This document shows positions 31,093-48,295 of a stretch of DNA of 64,000 bases, piece after piece. This DNA is from Eledone cirrhosa (lineage: Eukaryota): positions 40,672,001-40,736,000 of the forward strand of contig OZ024757.1 of assembly GCA_964016885.1 (NCBI GenBank), written 5' to 3'. Position 1 is the stretch's first letter, and every line of letters starts with the position of its first letter. Under the pieces are notes generated by a model. The model searched no databases. It saw nothing but the letters and a program-made list of their open reading frames with translations, and was not told where the DNA came from. The position numbers and the translations under genes were made by a program.

Positions 31093-31929
31093 CATTCTAG
31101 AAATGACCACCACAGAAGAAACACACATATGTCAGCTTTTCTTTTCTCTTCTTCCTTTTCTACTTCACTTTCGTTTTTGTGTTTCGTTTTATTTAAATAT
31201 TATTGTTTTATAATTGTAAATATTATTGTATGCAGCAAATATATAGAGAAAACCCCCTCCCCGCACACACACAAAATGTGAGAATGGTGAATATAAAAAA
31301 TATCAAATAAACACTAAGAAAATAGACGGATAGTGTGGATGGTGGGTTTTTTTTATTCTATAAATGAAGAACAATGGAAATATGAAAAGCGGAGCATTGT
31401 GACGTTTTGCTGAAGAGTAAAACTACATAAATAATAGAGGTGTACTTCAACAACAACAACAGAAACAACAGCAACAACAGCAACAGCAACAACAATAATG
31501 ATAATAACAATATAGTCATTATAGAAGACGAATGGGAAGAAGTATAGTGGAACATTAATAATAATAAAAAAACATCATCTATTTTAATGGTTTTAGGCAG
31601 AATTCTGTTTAAATCGATTCAAGAGCTAGGTAGATTAACGGATTTAAGTATTAATAATTTCACGTAAATAATGGAAAGTTTATCTACATTAATAAAACTG
31701 GTTGTTTTTCGTACGTGATGCTTCATTTTCCATTAAAGGAGAGAGAGAGAGGATGGCAGAAAGAGAGGAGGAGAGACTTAGAAAAACAGAGAAAGAGAGA
31801 GTGAGATGAAAAAGAGAGAGAGTGCGACAGCGACTGAAATTAAAAAGGGGGTGTGAGCGAGAGAGAGTGTGCGGGAGAGAGCGAGAGCGGGAAACGGAAG
31901 AGAGAAAGAGCAGCAGAGAGAGAGAGAGA

Positions 31930-31979
<50 letters not shown>

Positions 31980-32205
31980 GAGAGAGAGTGAGGTGGGAAA
32001 GATATATATATATATATTTATATATATAGAGAGAGACAGCCAGCCATATATACATTTTACACATCCATACATAAGTGTATATATATATACATGCTTATAT
32101 ATATGTACTATATATAAATATATATAGAGGGAGAGAGCGAGAGAGAGAGAGAGTGGAGAATAAGAGAAAGAGAGAGAGAGAGAGACAGAGTGGAGAATAA
32201 GAGAA

Positions 32206-32287
<82 letters not shown>

Positions 32288-33086
32288 AAGGGGATAAAGA
32301 AAGACAAATCTAAATAGTATTGTCTTAAGTACGTTTATCTCTCAAGTGAATTAAAAAACACAACAGCAACAACACAAAAAAACATCTACAACAAAACAGA
32401 TTTATCTTTCTTCGGGGCACTAATGAAGGAGGAGAAAAAAAATAAAAGGAATATTGGAAATTAAAATTTCAAGCAAAATAAATCTTTATCTAAGGTACAC
32501 AGAGTGAAAGAAAGGGATTTATTGGTATTGGTACTTCAGTTCAAATATCCAAAGGGATATATTTCATATATAGATACATATTTAATGTTGCTGTTTATTC
32601 ATTCCAAATAAAAGCATTTTGTGCTGAACAAAATTCCAGTAATGTAAACACACACACACACACACACACACACATGCACACGCACACACACACACACACA
32701 AATACACACACACAAACACACACAGTAGCACAAACTAAGACACGCACACGCACGAATATATATATATATATAGTGAAGAAAAGTGTGGAATTTACAAAAG
32801 CGTTCTATCCAAATCGTGTTATATAAGGAATATGAGAAAAAAAAGTGTTTGCAAAACACATACCGGGTATATATATATATATAAAAAACATGAGAAGAAA
32901 GAAGAATTCTGCGTGGTTGCACATGGGTTACATAGTATAAAATTAGTCCTTCGTCAGTGATTTGCCAACCATCATTGATATTTGATATTTCATCGCATTA
33001 AAAATCATATACCTCAGGTTGGTGCGAGCAATAACTAAAAAAAGGTATTGGGACAAGTAAATCGCGTAAAGCGAGTGAGACAAGTA

Positions 33087-33199
<113 letters not shown>

Positions 33200-33924
33200 T
33201 ATATATATATAACTAAAACGACAGTGAAATATTTGCCCAAATTCTATGTTACTAAGCCGAAATCGTTATCTTGATCAGGGTCATGAAAGCCATCAACAGC
33301 AAAAGGTAGATGTTTTTATTTGATTATTTTGTGTCATATTTCTGTTTGTTTTCATTAGTATTGCTATGGCACTGACGAATGAAAAACTGGAATAGTTACA
33401 AATAAATATGCCTCTAAACCGTTAATAGACTTGCCAAAACTAGCACCCAGTACTCCAGCAGGTGATCGCCTCCTCAGTAAGATATATATTGTATAAGATA
33501 GTCCTAAATGTATTTACTATATCTGAAGAAATATGAGATGGGTTTGTTATGATTTGAATGAAGAGATAACAAATGGAATGGTGATTACAATATATGGTAA
33601 TATTTATATTAGCTCAATCTGCTAGAAATAGCAATCACATCTCCCTCTAATATTTGCATACGTTGAGAAAAATATACCATTGATAAAACCGTCTTGGAAT
33701 GTCATTGAAGCATATACATGCTCCATTAAAATTCAGCGTTGAATTACAAAAAAATCTTTAGGCTACAACGAAACGAAACTAAGTGTACACATCAACATCA
33801 TTGTATTCGTTTCACTTGCTAGTTGTAGCAGTTAAATCATTCTCAGAATATACCTGCTATCTTGAAAAAGTAAGGATTCATTGCATAATTTGTGGGTTCA
33901 AGGTGCAAAATGTGAAAACACGAC

Positions 33925-34410
33925 ACGAGCTACATGTCTGTGATGAAATTTATCACACCTCTACTCATCTGGAACTAAACGGCTACATGTCCAAGGTCAA
34001 AAGTCTTCTTGGACTTAGGATCTGCAAGAAATAGAACCCAAATCTACCTCGACATACAGAACACTAAAATCTTTAAAACAATAATTAAAGAGCATACAAG
34101 GTAATATTTGACTCGGTGCATTAATGTTTGAGAATGGCTCTAAAAATGTCTTCGAAACAGAAGCTGACAAATAAAGAACTATACAGATCACTAGCACCAG
34201 TCTCAAAAAAAGTTGCCTGCAGACGAATGAAACCCAGAAAAGATAGCATCACAACTTGTGCTCTGGAAACCAGCGATCGGACGAAGGATCGTGGGAAGAC
34301 AGATCGTCTCATTCATTGATACCCTGCTGAGAGATGCCAACATTGAACTGAGAAATGTGATGCTCGACCGGGACGATTGGAGAAACCGTGCTGAATCTTT
34401 GCGAGTGTAA
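33925..34410 (+). mobile_element. Degenerate, frameshifted RTE-type LINE 3' fragment
   Basis: LRMALKMSSKQKLTNKELY...VSKKVA.RRMK, then in another frame PEKIASQLVLWKP.IGRR.VGRQ..SFIDTLLRD...MLDRDDWR; same family type as 16302. Confidence 0.8.
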
Positions 34411-34629
34411 ACTCAACAAAACGTAATGTAATGTACTGTTCGAAAGAATGTGACGAAATACTCACGATAGGAATAGTTTTGACTCCACTGCTCAGGGTGC
34501 AACTACAGTAGAGAGTCAGAGCTCGACGGCTGAGCACTTGCTGATTGGACAGCAAATTCCAAACCGTCTGGAATTTGCTACCATGACGGAAAGAAACCGG
34601 TCGTCGGGCCCAGAGACATCACTATATGC

Positions 34630-34703
<74 letters not shown>

Positions 34704-35030
34704 TACATATATACATATATATGCGTATTTATTCAAATAAATTGTATTTATTTATATGTGTCTTTGTGAGAATATAGTTGCAAGCACATTGTAGTTTGAT
34801 GTGAAGTTTTTTGGAGTAGACGTAAGTAAATTTTCTTTTTTTCTTTTCCTTTCCTGCCTAGATGTCTATGAGGTAGGTGCGAAAGCAGAAAAGCTTCGGC
34901 ATAAACAATGAACAAAGATAAATCTTCCATTATTCGCTAACAGCAAATTTCGATAGTAAAAGAAAGCAAATGGAAAGAAGAAAGCTGAATAAATAACTCA
35001 ATATACATTTACATATATACACACATTATA

Positions 35031-35081
<51 letters not shown>

Positions 35082-35139
35082 CTTCATTTATTTATTTGTA
35101 TATATATCTATATATAATATATTTACATGTATATGTATG

Positions 35140-35179
<40 letters not shown>

Positions 35180-35180
35180 A

Positions 35181-35239
<59 letters not shown>

Positions 35240-35363
35240 TTATATATATATATATACATTTATATATATATATTTATATATTTATATATATATATATTAA
35301 AGAATTTATATATATATATATATATATTTGCTTGTTGTATCCCAACAATTTAAATAGAACATC

Positions 35364-35448
<85 letters not shown>

Positions 35449-35556
35449 CTTTCATATATATCTTCCTTAAAGATCCATTGAGCGTGCATGTGATATAGTG
35501 TCAGTCAATGATGGAAATATATTTATATATACAATTGATTCTTATATATACATGAT

Positions 35557-35882
<326 letters not shown>

Positions 35883-36253
35883 ATGCATACATACATATAT
35901 AATGCTTATCTCATACGAACGAAGAATAAGTAGGCTTTAGGTTATTAGAATATTATATTGATTACTTCTCTATACACTTCGTCCTCAGATATACTCAAGA
36001 AGGGAAAAATGGATGAATTTCAATACTTGTGGAGCCTAATACATGCACGTGAGGGATGACATATAAGTAAAATAAATGGCATCGAAGCTCGTCTCAATTG
36101 GAAACCAATTGCAGTCTTACTTATTATACGTTGAACGTAACCTTTTATGCTTTTGCTCCTAAATATTAATTTCTAGCCTTGACAAAGCATCACCGCATTT
36201 TTATAGAGAGGAAATAACGGAGATGCGATCGAATCTCTCCAATTATATAGAAT

Positions 36254-36460
36254 CATGAATGCACCTGTTATTTTTATCTAAAGTCATTTTTTCCAATTCC
36301 ATCGTCCCGTCCCTTCAATCTATCTTATTTCTCATTCTTTCTTTTGATGAAGGACTGGCGTCCGAAACTTTAAGAGCCTCTTCCTGCTATATCATGCGTT
36401 AACTTAATATATCCCTTCCATATACTGTACCGATCGTGTTGTTATTTCTGTTTACGTTTT
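36254..36460 (+). mobile_element. Dispersed repeat with minimal hammerhead-like core, copy 2
   Basis: tctt-TTGATGA-a-GGAC-tggc-GTCC-GAAAC-ttt-aaga at 36340-36375. Confidence 0.7.
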
Positions 36461-36514
<54 letters not shown>

Positions 36515-36737
36515 TTGTGTATGGTGTATTCACATGTGTGAAGCAGATCTGAAACAGATCTAGTCCTGTAGATCTCACACTTATATGAAACAAAAGTTAT
36601 TATTTAATGAAAAAAATCAAAGCCAAATTCGACGATATTTGTACTCAGAACGTAAAGGACGGTAACTCTATGCCCCAAATCTTATTTTCCGACACTCTAC
36701 CAATTACTGACGATCTAACGTCCTCAATAATAATAAT

Positions 36738-36945
36738 TTCTACTATAGACACAAGACCAGTAATTTGGGGGGAGGGGAAAGTCGATTAAATCGACCTCAG
36801 TGCGTGACTGGTACTTTATTTTGTCGACTCAGTAAGGATGAAAGGCAAATTTAGCCTCAGCAAGATTTGAACTCAGATCGTAAAGAGCCATAACTTTATG
36901 CTACAAAGCATGGCGTCCGTCTCTCAACCAATACTACCAATCACT
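36738..36945 (-). mobile_element. Meta-domain SINE, near full length
   Basis: ttctactatagacacaagacc...gtcgattaaatcgacc...ctggtactttatttt...aaggatgaaaggcaaa...gatttgaactcag. Confidence 0.85.
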
Positions 36946-37317
36946 ATCACAATAATAACAATAACAACAATGACAGAGTTCCACAAAGAACTATTGACGG
37001 AGAGGATGGAAGAAAGAAGATGATTTAGTTTACGTAGAGATAGTTAAATGAAGAATATAGGATTTAGAGATTGGAAAAAAGGAATACAAACAGACATTCT
37101 CTTTCTTCAATACAATAATTGTCATTCGTTGGTGGTGCTGTTGTTTGTATATATTTATATATTTATATATTCATCGTTTTAATTTGTATTATTTGTTGGT
37201 GTGCGTATATATATACTATTGTCTATAGGTAGTATTCTTTTCACCTTAGCGAATCTGGTCCCTTGCGATTTGAACACATATATGTATATATCTGTGTTCG
37301 TTTTTCTTTTATATTCA

Positions 37318-37357
<40 letters not shown>

Positions 37358-37396
37358 TTTATCTCTCACTCTCTCCCTCTCTCTCTCTCCCCCTTC

Positions 37397-37437
<41 letters not shown>

Positions 37438-37464
37438 TTATATAACTATATATATATATAAATC

Positions 37465-37522
<58 letters not shown>

Positions 37523-37692
37523 GTGTGTGTGTGTGTGTATATACATATATCTATAAATTTACGTACATATTTACATACTTATATATTTGTATAATCATAT
37601 ATATAAATATATTTATATAATATTTGTACACATATATACATAAATATAATATTCTATACATATATGGACATATATATTCATTTGTATAAAAT

Positions 37693-37754
<62 letters not shown>

Positions 37755-38182
37755 TATATATATATATGTATAATATTATTTTTATGGAAGACACACCACT
37801 CCTCCCGATGACAGAAATGTGAATGTGCATAAAACTTCGACTTCAAAGAAGGTTCCGAAAATCCCGATCCATAACTCTATATGGCTTGTCTGCTTTGAAA
37901 GGAAATCGTTATTTTCCTTTCACCTTTGTAATCAATCTTAGGAGAGAAAAGAAAAGATTTAATAGAGAAGAAAGCCAATTATTGTGAACAACAAGCACAT
38001 ATCTCTCCTCCATCTCCTCCCCCAATACTACTACTGCTATTATGTATCCCCTCCTGTCGCTATTGTGGTAATTGTTGTTGTTATTGTTGTTGGTGGTGGT
38101 GTTCTTGTTAGTGGTGGTGGTGATGGTGATGGTGCTCCGAATTCTGTTCCCATAATAGCTTCGATAAGCAGCCCGCCATGAT

Positions 38183-38292
<110 letters not shown>

Positions 38293-38293
38293 C

Positions 38294-38369
<76 letters not shown>

Positions 38370-39169
38370 GCACACACACAGACATATATATATATATGTA
38401 TACACGGCGAGTGTGAAAGAGAGAGAAAGACAGAGAAAGAGGAAGGGAGAGAGATTGAGAGAAATTTGTGTCAGTCACAGCAGATTTATTAGGCGCGAGC
38501 TCCCGCATTTCAAACAGAAATATTTGTCAAATTTGTTATAATGAAACTTTCTCGTAGAATATCTACTTCTTCTGAGGTGAAATAAGAGCAACAAATATAA
38601 ACAAAACAGAGGTAGGGTTAATACAAAAATAATTAATTGATCTTCATGCTGATTCCGCATGCATTATTTCGCTCAGCGCGAGCAATAGGGTTTTTTCTCA
38701 AGAATATTTACAGCTTTAGAAAATAACATTAAAGCATTTGGCCGCGTTTTTATTATTTTGCTGAGCATGATATATTTGGTGGAATAAAAACAGACCCCTT
38801 AGTTCTGAATTGATTGGAAGGATAACTATAAACCATTAGACAGCGATGAGATGCTACAGAGGAGAGAGAGAAAGTGAGGAGAGAGAGAGAAAGAGAGAGA
38901 GAGAACAAAAGAGGGAGAAGAGATGAGAATAGAGAGAGTGAGGGCAGTAGAAAGGAACTAGAAAGAGATATAAATAAAACTCTACCTATTTATCAACTAC
39001 GAAGGGAAGAAATGCAAAACTACCAACAACGAGACTTCACCCCAAACGCTGAGAGCCAGAAGAAATAAGACAAAATATTCTCTTTGACATTCTAACCTCT
39101 CTATCGATCCGTAGCCAACTTCGAAACCACGATGCTCTATATTACTTGGCAGTTATTGAGTATCAGGTG

Positions 39170-39330
39170 GAGAATTTGGCAAAGTCGTTAAATGTTGAAT
39201 ACAATACTAGCGGTATTTGTTCCGACTCCCTCCTCTCTGAGTTGAGTTGAAATCTCACCGAGCTTAACTTTGCCTTTCGTCCATTCAAAGTCGATATATA
39301 AAAGTACCAACCAAATGACTGGGGTTCATT
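39170..39330 (+). mobile_element. Meta-domain SINE, degenerate
   Basis: ttaactttgcctttcgtccattcaaagtcgat...aaagtacca, preceded by a degenerate head. Confidence 0.65.
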
Positions 39331-40375
39331 CTTCCTCAATATCTCCTTCCCACTTCTTCTCTATCATGTATTCTTCCTGACGTATTAAAAAGAAATACTC
39401 ATTGATTCAATCACTTTAGGTCCACTCCACCCCTCACTACAATTTGCTGGCCTTGTGCCTCAATTGAGAGATGACAGGTCCGATACTATGGGCATGCGGT
39501 TAGAGTGTCTCTGTAAGAATCACTGGACAGATTTTACGGAGAAATTCTACCGAGAGAAGACCCAGAAGTAGACCACGATCAAGATGCTTGAACATAGCCC
39601 TCATTCTTGGGCATTTAAGGCCTGTCAAAGCCCTCTTTTTTTCCTGGTCTGAACACAGTAAAATTCTTCCAGAGACGAAAGAGTGTTAAGGTGAATATGA
39701 GTAAAAAGTTGAGAAGAAAAATGGACGCCAGTACTAAACTGGTACTTTTTACTTTACTGACTTGATAAAATGTGCTTTTTTATCAACAGAATAAAAGGCA
39801 GGGAAAGTTGAACGCAGAGAGTCGGTATGACGACCACAGAGTATTCTATCGGTAGTTTCTAATATCTATATATATGGATGTATGTATGTATGTATATATA
39901 AAACAGGGTTGCTACAAAAGTTAATGTAACAAAGCGTCTCTGCATTCATACTCAGAAAACAAGTTTAAGTGTCAAAGATCAAGTTTAGAGACTTGTAAAT
40001 ACCACAGGGTAGATAGATTTTAATGGCGTTAGCTACAGCTAAAATCATTTCTTTATTGTCGGAGTTGAATGATAGAAAAAGTTTGAATGAATTCAAGCTA
40101 GTCATGGCATTATAACCTCTTGCAAATCACAGTAGTTGATTTGATTTCATTGGACAAAATACTTCAGGGTAGAAGTTTATGACGTCATAATATTTAGCTG
40201 TATTTTTTTTTCTTATATTGAAAGACATTATTTGTATTTTGGGAAACAATACCATTTCGTTTCAATGGTGACAGGATAATGAAATAAATAATAAATATTT
40301 CTACTGGGACAAGTAAATCCGGTCCATGTATTCACCGATTTATCTATATCACTCACACACACATTCTCCCCCCCC

Positions 40376-40417
<42 letters not shown>

Positions 40418-40474
40418 GAATGTATGTATTAAGAAAGAAAGAACGAGTTTCAGTTGAACATTATCTGTTATTAA

Positions 40475-40582
40475 ATCCGGCCGAGGTTAACTTTGCCGTT
40501 CATCCTTACAGGGTCGATACAATAAAGTACCAGTAATACACTGGGGTAATAGCTGGCATTGTTCCAAAAGTAGAAACAATTA
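40475..40582 (+). mobile_element. Meta-domain SINE 3' part; near-identical fragment at 44328-44432
   Basis: gccgaggttaactttgcc.ttcat.ct...ggggtcgat..aataaagtaccagtaat.cactgg...aaagtagaaacaattat. Confidence 0.85.
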
Positions 40583-40758
40583 TTTGTTATTAAACGCAAA
40601 ACGTGTTTCGCAATTAACCTGCTCATACCTATAATTGTCAACAATGACCTGGAATAAAGAATCTATTTTCTCCTCAGACGCAATAGAGATTAGATTTGGG
40701 ATACGTGGAACTGTTTTGGCTAGCGTGGAAAATGGACGTTAAACGATGATGATGATGA

Positions 40759-40797
<39 letters not shown>

Positions 40798-40849
40798 AAA
40801 AAGAGAGAGAAAGAGATCGATATAAATAGACAGTTATATATATAGAAAG

Positions 40850-40908
<59 letters not shown>

Positions 40909-41317
40909 CTGACAGATTTACTGGTATTTAAAAGACGATGAACAGTTACTGAAGTGATAACTTCATGCTTGCTGTACAAATAGTATTCAACAATATATCA
41001 ATGGAGGGACTGAAGCCTACGGTTCACAAGTACAGTCTTAACGACCGTTCGCATGATTAACCAGCTTCGAGGAAACTATTGGGTTGTAACATACAGACCT
41101 GCCGTTGTTATCACACTTCTTAATGATTAAAACGGCGGGGATTTATGTTACAACCCAATATATTTCGTCTGAATTCTATATGTACTTTTGCAATGTGATA
41201 TTATAAAAAATGAATCGATATTATTTATTTCAACCTTCACAACCTCTTGAAAATCTGAAACGTAAATTTTGTATTCACAGTTACTGTAAATATTCAGCTT
41301 GGAATAAATACACCCAC

Positions 41318-41357
<40 letters not shown>

Positions 41358-41389
41358 AATAAAAATAGAGGAAAAAAAAATCTATATAA

Positions 41390-41459
<70 letters not shown>

Positions 41460-41740
41460 AATAGATATAGATAAAGATATAGTTATAGATGTATATGCCT
41501 ATATACAGTGAAGAAAAATACACTATATATGTTTTGAATAACATATTTTTTCTACATGTATTTCCATTCGGATCTAATTTCATTTAAAGTAAGTAATGTT
41601 AAAATAAATACATTTACAAATAGTTTTATATATATATATTTATATATATATATACTTTTATTTTTACCTCATTTCATTATATTTGGATGAGATAACGCAG
41701 TTTATATCTATTAACCTTGGCGTCTTCTATAGAATCTATA

Positions 41741-41803
<63 letters not shown>

Positions 41804-41930
41804 ATATATATAAATACATATATATATAAATACATATATTTATACATATTATTTATATAATATACATAAATAGATACAAATATAATATATATACATATAT
41901 TTATATATATTATTTATATTATATATATAT

Positions 41931-42004
<74 letters not shown>

Positions 42005-42732
42005 AATGTTTTGGTTGTATTCATAAAGTACATTCTACGTTTGATATAATTCATCCATAAATTTAGATTATAGTAAATAAAAATTAAATAATTGATGTTT
42101 TTTGTGTCTCTTTGTCAGCCTGGCTTTGTGTTCGAGATTTATTTTTTCACATGTGTTTATTTATCTATAATTATATCTATATAGATGTGTATATAAATGT
42201 GTATATAGATTTTATGCGTTCTTAAACAAGATTTTCATGACATCTACGTGTACCATGAAAAGAAATAAAGACAGGTAACAGGAAAGGAGGAAGGAGAGAA
42301 CAGAAGGAAGAAAGACGGAGAGAATATATGAAGAAAAGGAAAGAAAAATGGCAAGAAAAGAGACAAAGAAAGACAGATGAAGTTATAGAAAACAAGAGAA
42401 AGAAAGAAAGAAAGAAAGTTAAAGTGGTAGAGCAGGAATATTATCTGAATAAGATATTAAAATAATTGCAAATTGCATTTGAATATATTCTAAATATTTA
42501 CAAAATACTAGAATATATCAAATAAATATTTCTTGAATTATTACAGGAATAAGATGAGAATGGTGAAGGAAAAAAAGAAAGAATCGAGAAAACTAAAGCA
42601 AAATCAATGTCAGGCAAAACGAAAAATACGACAAAGGATAAGAAACAAAATATAAAAGATATAAAAATAAAATAAAATAAAAGCCACTGACTAATGTAAT
42701 ACAAGAGCCTACAGGAATGATATTTTCACTAG

Positions 42733-42822
<90 letters not shown>

Positions 42823-42853
42823 ATATATATATATGTATTTCACTAAATCACCT

Positions 42854-42917
<64 letters not shown>

Positions 42918-43162
42918 AGCATGTATGTAACTATGTATGTATGGATAGAAACAAAAACTATATATACAGTGTGTCGCAAAAAATGTATACACGTATTTAT
43001 TAGAATGGTGTTGAAGTGTGTATACATTTTGTTGAACAACTTGTATATATGATATCCCATTACACAAATAGATATCTATACACACACATATATATATATA
43101 TATGTATATTTGTGGATGTATATATATATATACATGTATATTTATATATATATATATAAATA

Positions 43163-43468
<306 letters not shown>

Positions 43469-43832
43469 ACGTTCCCACATTTAATTATGATTCTGTTACT
43501 ATCTCGCTGTGTTAGTTTCTTTGGAGAACTCCCGCAAGTATAGCATACAATAGTTATTTTCATTATCAAAGTTCCTCGCACATTCTTTCGACGTCTTTTC
43601 ATCTATCACCGCTTATGTCCTATAAAACTCCCAGGGTATCCGTTTTGCTTCTATTCAACTGTGACTTATTTAATACGATTTCGCAGACATCTCTTTATGT
43701 AGATAAACCTAAAGTAGTTCTACTTTCATCTACCTTGGCACATATTGGATATTTTCATAATAATTACCACTGTTATTAGTAATATTATAGATAGTATTGT
43801 TGTTGTTGTTGTAGTTGTTGTTGTTGTAGTTG

Positions 43833-44130
43833 TCACCATCATCATCACCATCACCATCACCATCACCATTACCATCATCACCATCACCATCACCATCACC
43901 ATCACCATCATCACCATCACCATCATCACTATCACCATCATCATCACCATCACCATCATCACCATCACCATCACCATCATCACCATCACCATCACCATCA
44001 TCACCATCATCACCATCACCATCACCATTACCATCATCATCACCATCATCACCATCACCATCATCATCACCATCATCATCGTCGTCGTCATCATCATCAT
44101 CATCACAATCAACATCATCATCATCATCAT
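43833..44130. repeat. (CATCAC)n/(CAT)n microsatellite
   Basis: Direct reading. Confidence 0.95.
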
Positions 44131-44898
44131 GTCATCTCTCATCCATCTCTCTCTCTCTATTCTCTTCTCTCACTTTATCTCTCACTCTCTCACTCTCATC
44201 TCTCCTCTGTCTCTCCTCTCTGTCCTCTCCCCGCCCTCCCTCCTCTTTCTCTAGCACCATCATCATCATCATCATCATCATCACCATTATCATCAGTAAC
44301 ATTATTAGTTTCTTATATTATTATTATCCCGCCGAGGTTAACTTTGCCTTTCATTCTCACGGGGTCGATAAAATAAAGTACCAGTAATGCACTGGTTTAT
44401 TGCTGGCCTTGTGCCTAAAGTAGAAACAATTATTATTACTATTACCATTACTATTATTACTATTACTACTACTATTATTGTTGTTGTTATTATTAACAGA
44501 TAAATATATCAATGGTCGCCATTGTATTACGTATCTTCACTACACAACACAGTACATCTCTCCGTGGATTACATAAGTGAATATATTCTTTACTCTTTTA
44601 TTTTTGCGGGTTTACGTTTTCTTATATTTCATATAAAGACTTCTACATCATATTTTTGGAGTATTAACGTAATATTTTATAGAATAAAGTAAAGAAACGA
44701 AAGTAAAACCAGCCTCAATTAGGCGATATACCCCCCCCCCCCACACACACACACCTACGTATGACGTTCGAAAACAAGTTTGTAATCCGCAATCCTGTAC
44801 GTAGACATATCTAGTCAACCAATCATTGTCTCTTTCTCTGTTGTCTGTCCCCCCATCTCTTTCTCCCATTTCACACACACACACACTCTCTCTCTCTT

Positions 44899-45033
<135 letters not shown>

Positions 45034-45370
45034 ATAATAAATGTGAAGACTAAAATCGGAAGAGGGCTCGATAAGGATAATATATATATAAAATATATAT
45101 GAACCTGTAGAACAAATATTGTATGAACAATTTAAAGTTTAAGCAAAGAATCGCTGATTTCACCCTTAACAGGATCTTCTGAAATATATATATATATAAG
45201 GAGGAAGTTGTAGTTCACTTGAAGCATTGTGTAATGAGGTATAAACGTTTGGAGTTGTAAATAAATTTAAATATATTTAAGGTAAAAGACTAATTGTCAA
45301 CCATATCTTTTGTATTTGCATTTATATTCTATATCCATACCTGCAATGTCTTGTCCTTACAACTCCAAAC

Positions 45371-45664
<294 letters not shown>

Positions 45665-46388
45665 TATATATATATATATATATGTATACCTCCCACTATA
45701 TATCTATCTCTTTCTCTCTCCCCATCTGTTGCGTTGCATCACAGCTCGAAACTCGCAAAGAGACACCGAGAAACAAAATAAATCTTCACACAGAAGTCTA
45801 TACTCTTTAGCGACATTCTCACATCTTCCTCGAACAGGCTTTTGGAACCTGTATGCCCAGAAAACTCAACCGATTCATTAGCCTGTCTCAACTCACTATA
45901 AAATGATATCATTGAATATTATATTTTATTTTGGTGAATCTGCAATCCTTTATTAAAACAAATCAATAGTCATTAAAACAACAGCGAAATAATAATACAA
46001 ACTAAAACATTGATGACACTAAAACAAATCCATTTGGAGGAAACAGAATAGGAAAGAGAATGTCAAGGAAAACTAAATACATTGTGGAAAATAAAGGAAA
46101 ACCTGCAACAGCATCTCCTAGCTAAAGTTATTAATGTAAACCGTCAAAGAGAACGATGTATAACAATGGCGACGATGTTGTAATTTCATTTCAGATGTAT
46201 TGTAGTAACGTCTATAAATAGAAAGGTGTGCAAAAAATATACATGCCTGCCATCACCTGCTTTGGTCTGAATATTCGTATATATATATATATCGTTTTTG
46301 AATTTGTTTAGCAAGATTCTTTATCTGAAATCGTGTGTTGAAACCGATATTGTTATACTTTATTGGCAACATGACCCTCCCAAAGTAT

Positions 46389-46432
<44 letters not shown>

Positions 46433-46449
46433 GTATATATATATATATT

Positions 46450-46511
<62 letters not shown>

Positions 46512-46676
46512 TATATTTATGTATGTATATATATATATATGTGTGTATATATATATATACACATATATATATATATATACACACATATATATGTGTATAT
46601 ATATACATACATATGTATATATATTTATATATATATATATATACATGCATATATAAATATATATGCATGTATATAT

Positions 46677-46709
<33 letters not shown>

Positions 46710-46715
46710 CATACA

Positions 46716-46793
<78 letters not shown>

Positions 46794-47457
46794 CATACAT
46801 ACATACATACATACATACATTAATTTGCAAAACATTCTTGCGATTCAAGGGATGACAATTTCTTTTCTTTTACAACCTTGCCACCAGGAAGGTGGCCGGT
46901 CAAAAAAAAATATACTCGAAATTAAGAGAAAGAGATAACATACATACATACATACATACATACATACATACATACCTCTACCTATACGTATACAAGTGCA
47001 CCGAAACCATTGTTGGAAAGAGTGGTAAAATACTGACTGAAACTGGGTAAACAAAAAAAATAAGAAGAAAAAAATTAAAAAGAAAAAAAATCCAAAAGAA
47101 TTCTCTAACGAAATTCAAATATATTATTGGAAAAGTAAAACGGTTGGAAGAGGTTTAGTCACGAGAGAATAGCAGACATTCTTTGAAAGGAATAGTGAAA
47201 ATAGTAAATAATGAGAAGTCGAGGAAAATGAAGAACTCCATTATTTTCCATGCCTAATTAATCATCGCTACTCGGAATGTATAAGAAAGTTTTGCTTTTC
47301 ATAAGAATACCTCCATAGAAAAATTAACTTTTCCCTCTGCGTTCATGAAGAAAAAAAAAACGGTTTAAATGATGTATTAATTGTCGGGAGAATGTTGGAG
47401 GAGAATGGAGAATAGAAAAGAATGGTGAGATATCGGTGCAGGAGTTGGATATGGTGG

Positions 47458-47499
<42 letters not shown>

Positions 47500-47643
47500 C
47501 GTGTGTGTGTGTGTGTTTGTGTATGTATGTGTGTATATATATGTGTGTGTATGTGTGTATATATATGTGTGTGTGAATTTCTTTATGTGTGAGTGTGAAT
47601 GTACTTTGTGTACTTTCATGTATATAGGTATGTGTATAGGTAT

Positions 47644-47696
<53 letters not shown>

Positions 47697-47750
47697 CGTA
47701 TGTATGTGTATATACATATTTATGTACCTCTACTTACACATATATATATA

Positions 47751-47835
<85 letters not shown>

Positions 47836-47900
47836 ATAGATAGATAGACAGATAAATAGTTAGATAGATATGTAGTATGTTTTATATATGTATCTCTCTC

Positions 47901-47978
<78 letters not shown>

Positions 47979-48295
47979 TGCCTGTGTATGTGTGCATGTA
48001 TGCAGTGTTATGTTTTCCCAAAATAGTTAGAGTATCAAGGGCATTTTCACAGTCAATGTTTCTCTCATTCTTTTAAATGGTAGCTGGACATTTCTATGGG
48101 ATTTAGACCCTACACCTCTCATATAAATACTTCTATAGATAGATATTCACTATCTAGCTCTGGAATGAAGAGTAACAACATAATAAGGGAGGAAAATATT
48201 TACTCTCAATTTCCCAATAAAATCTAACTTCCCTACGACGCACAGCTTCTACCGGTATACATGTACTTCTGAGTTTACTGTGCTGACCTGAAATA

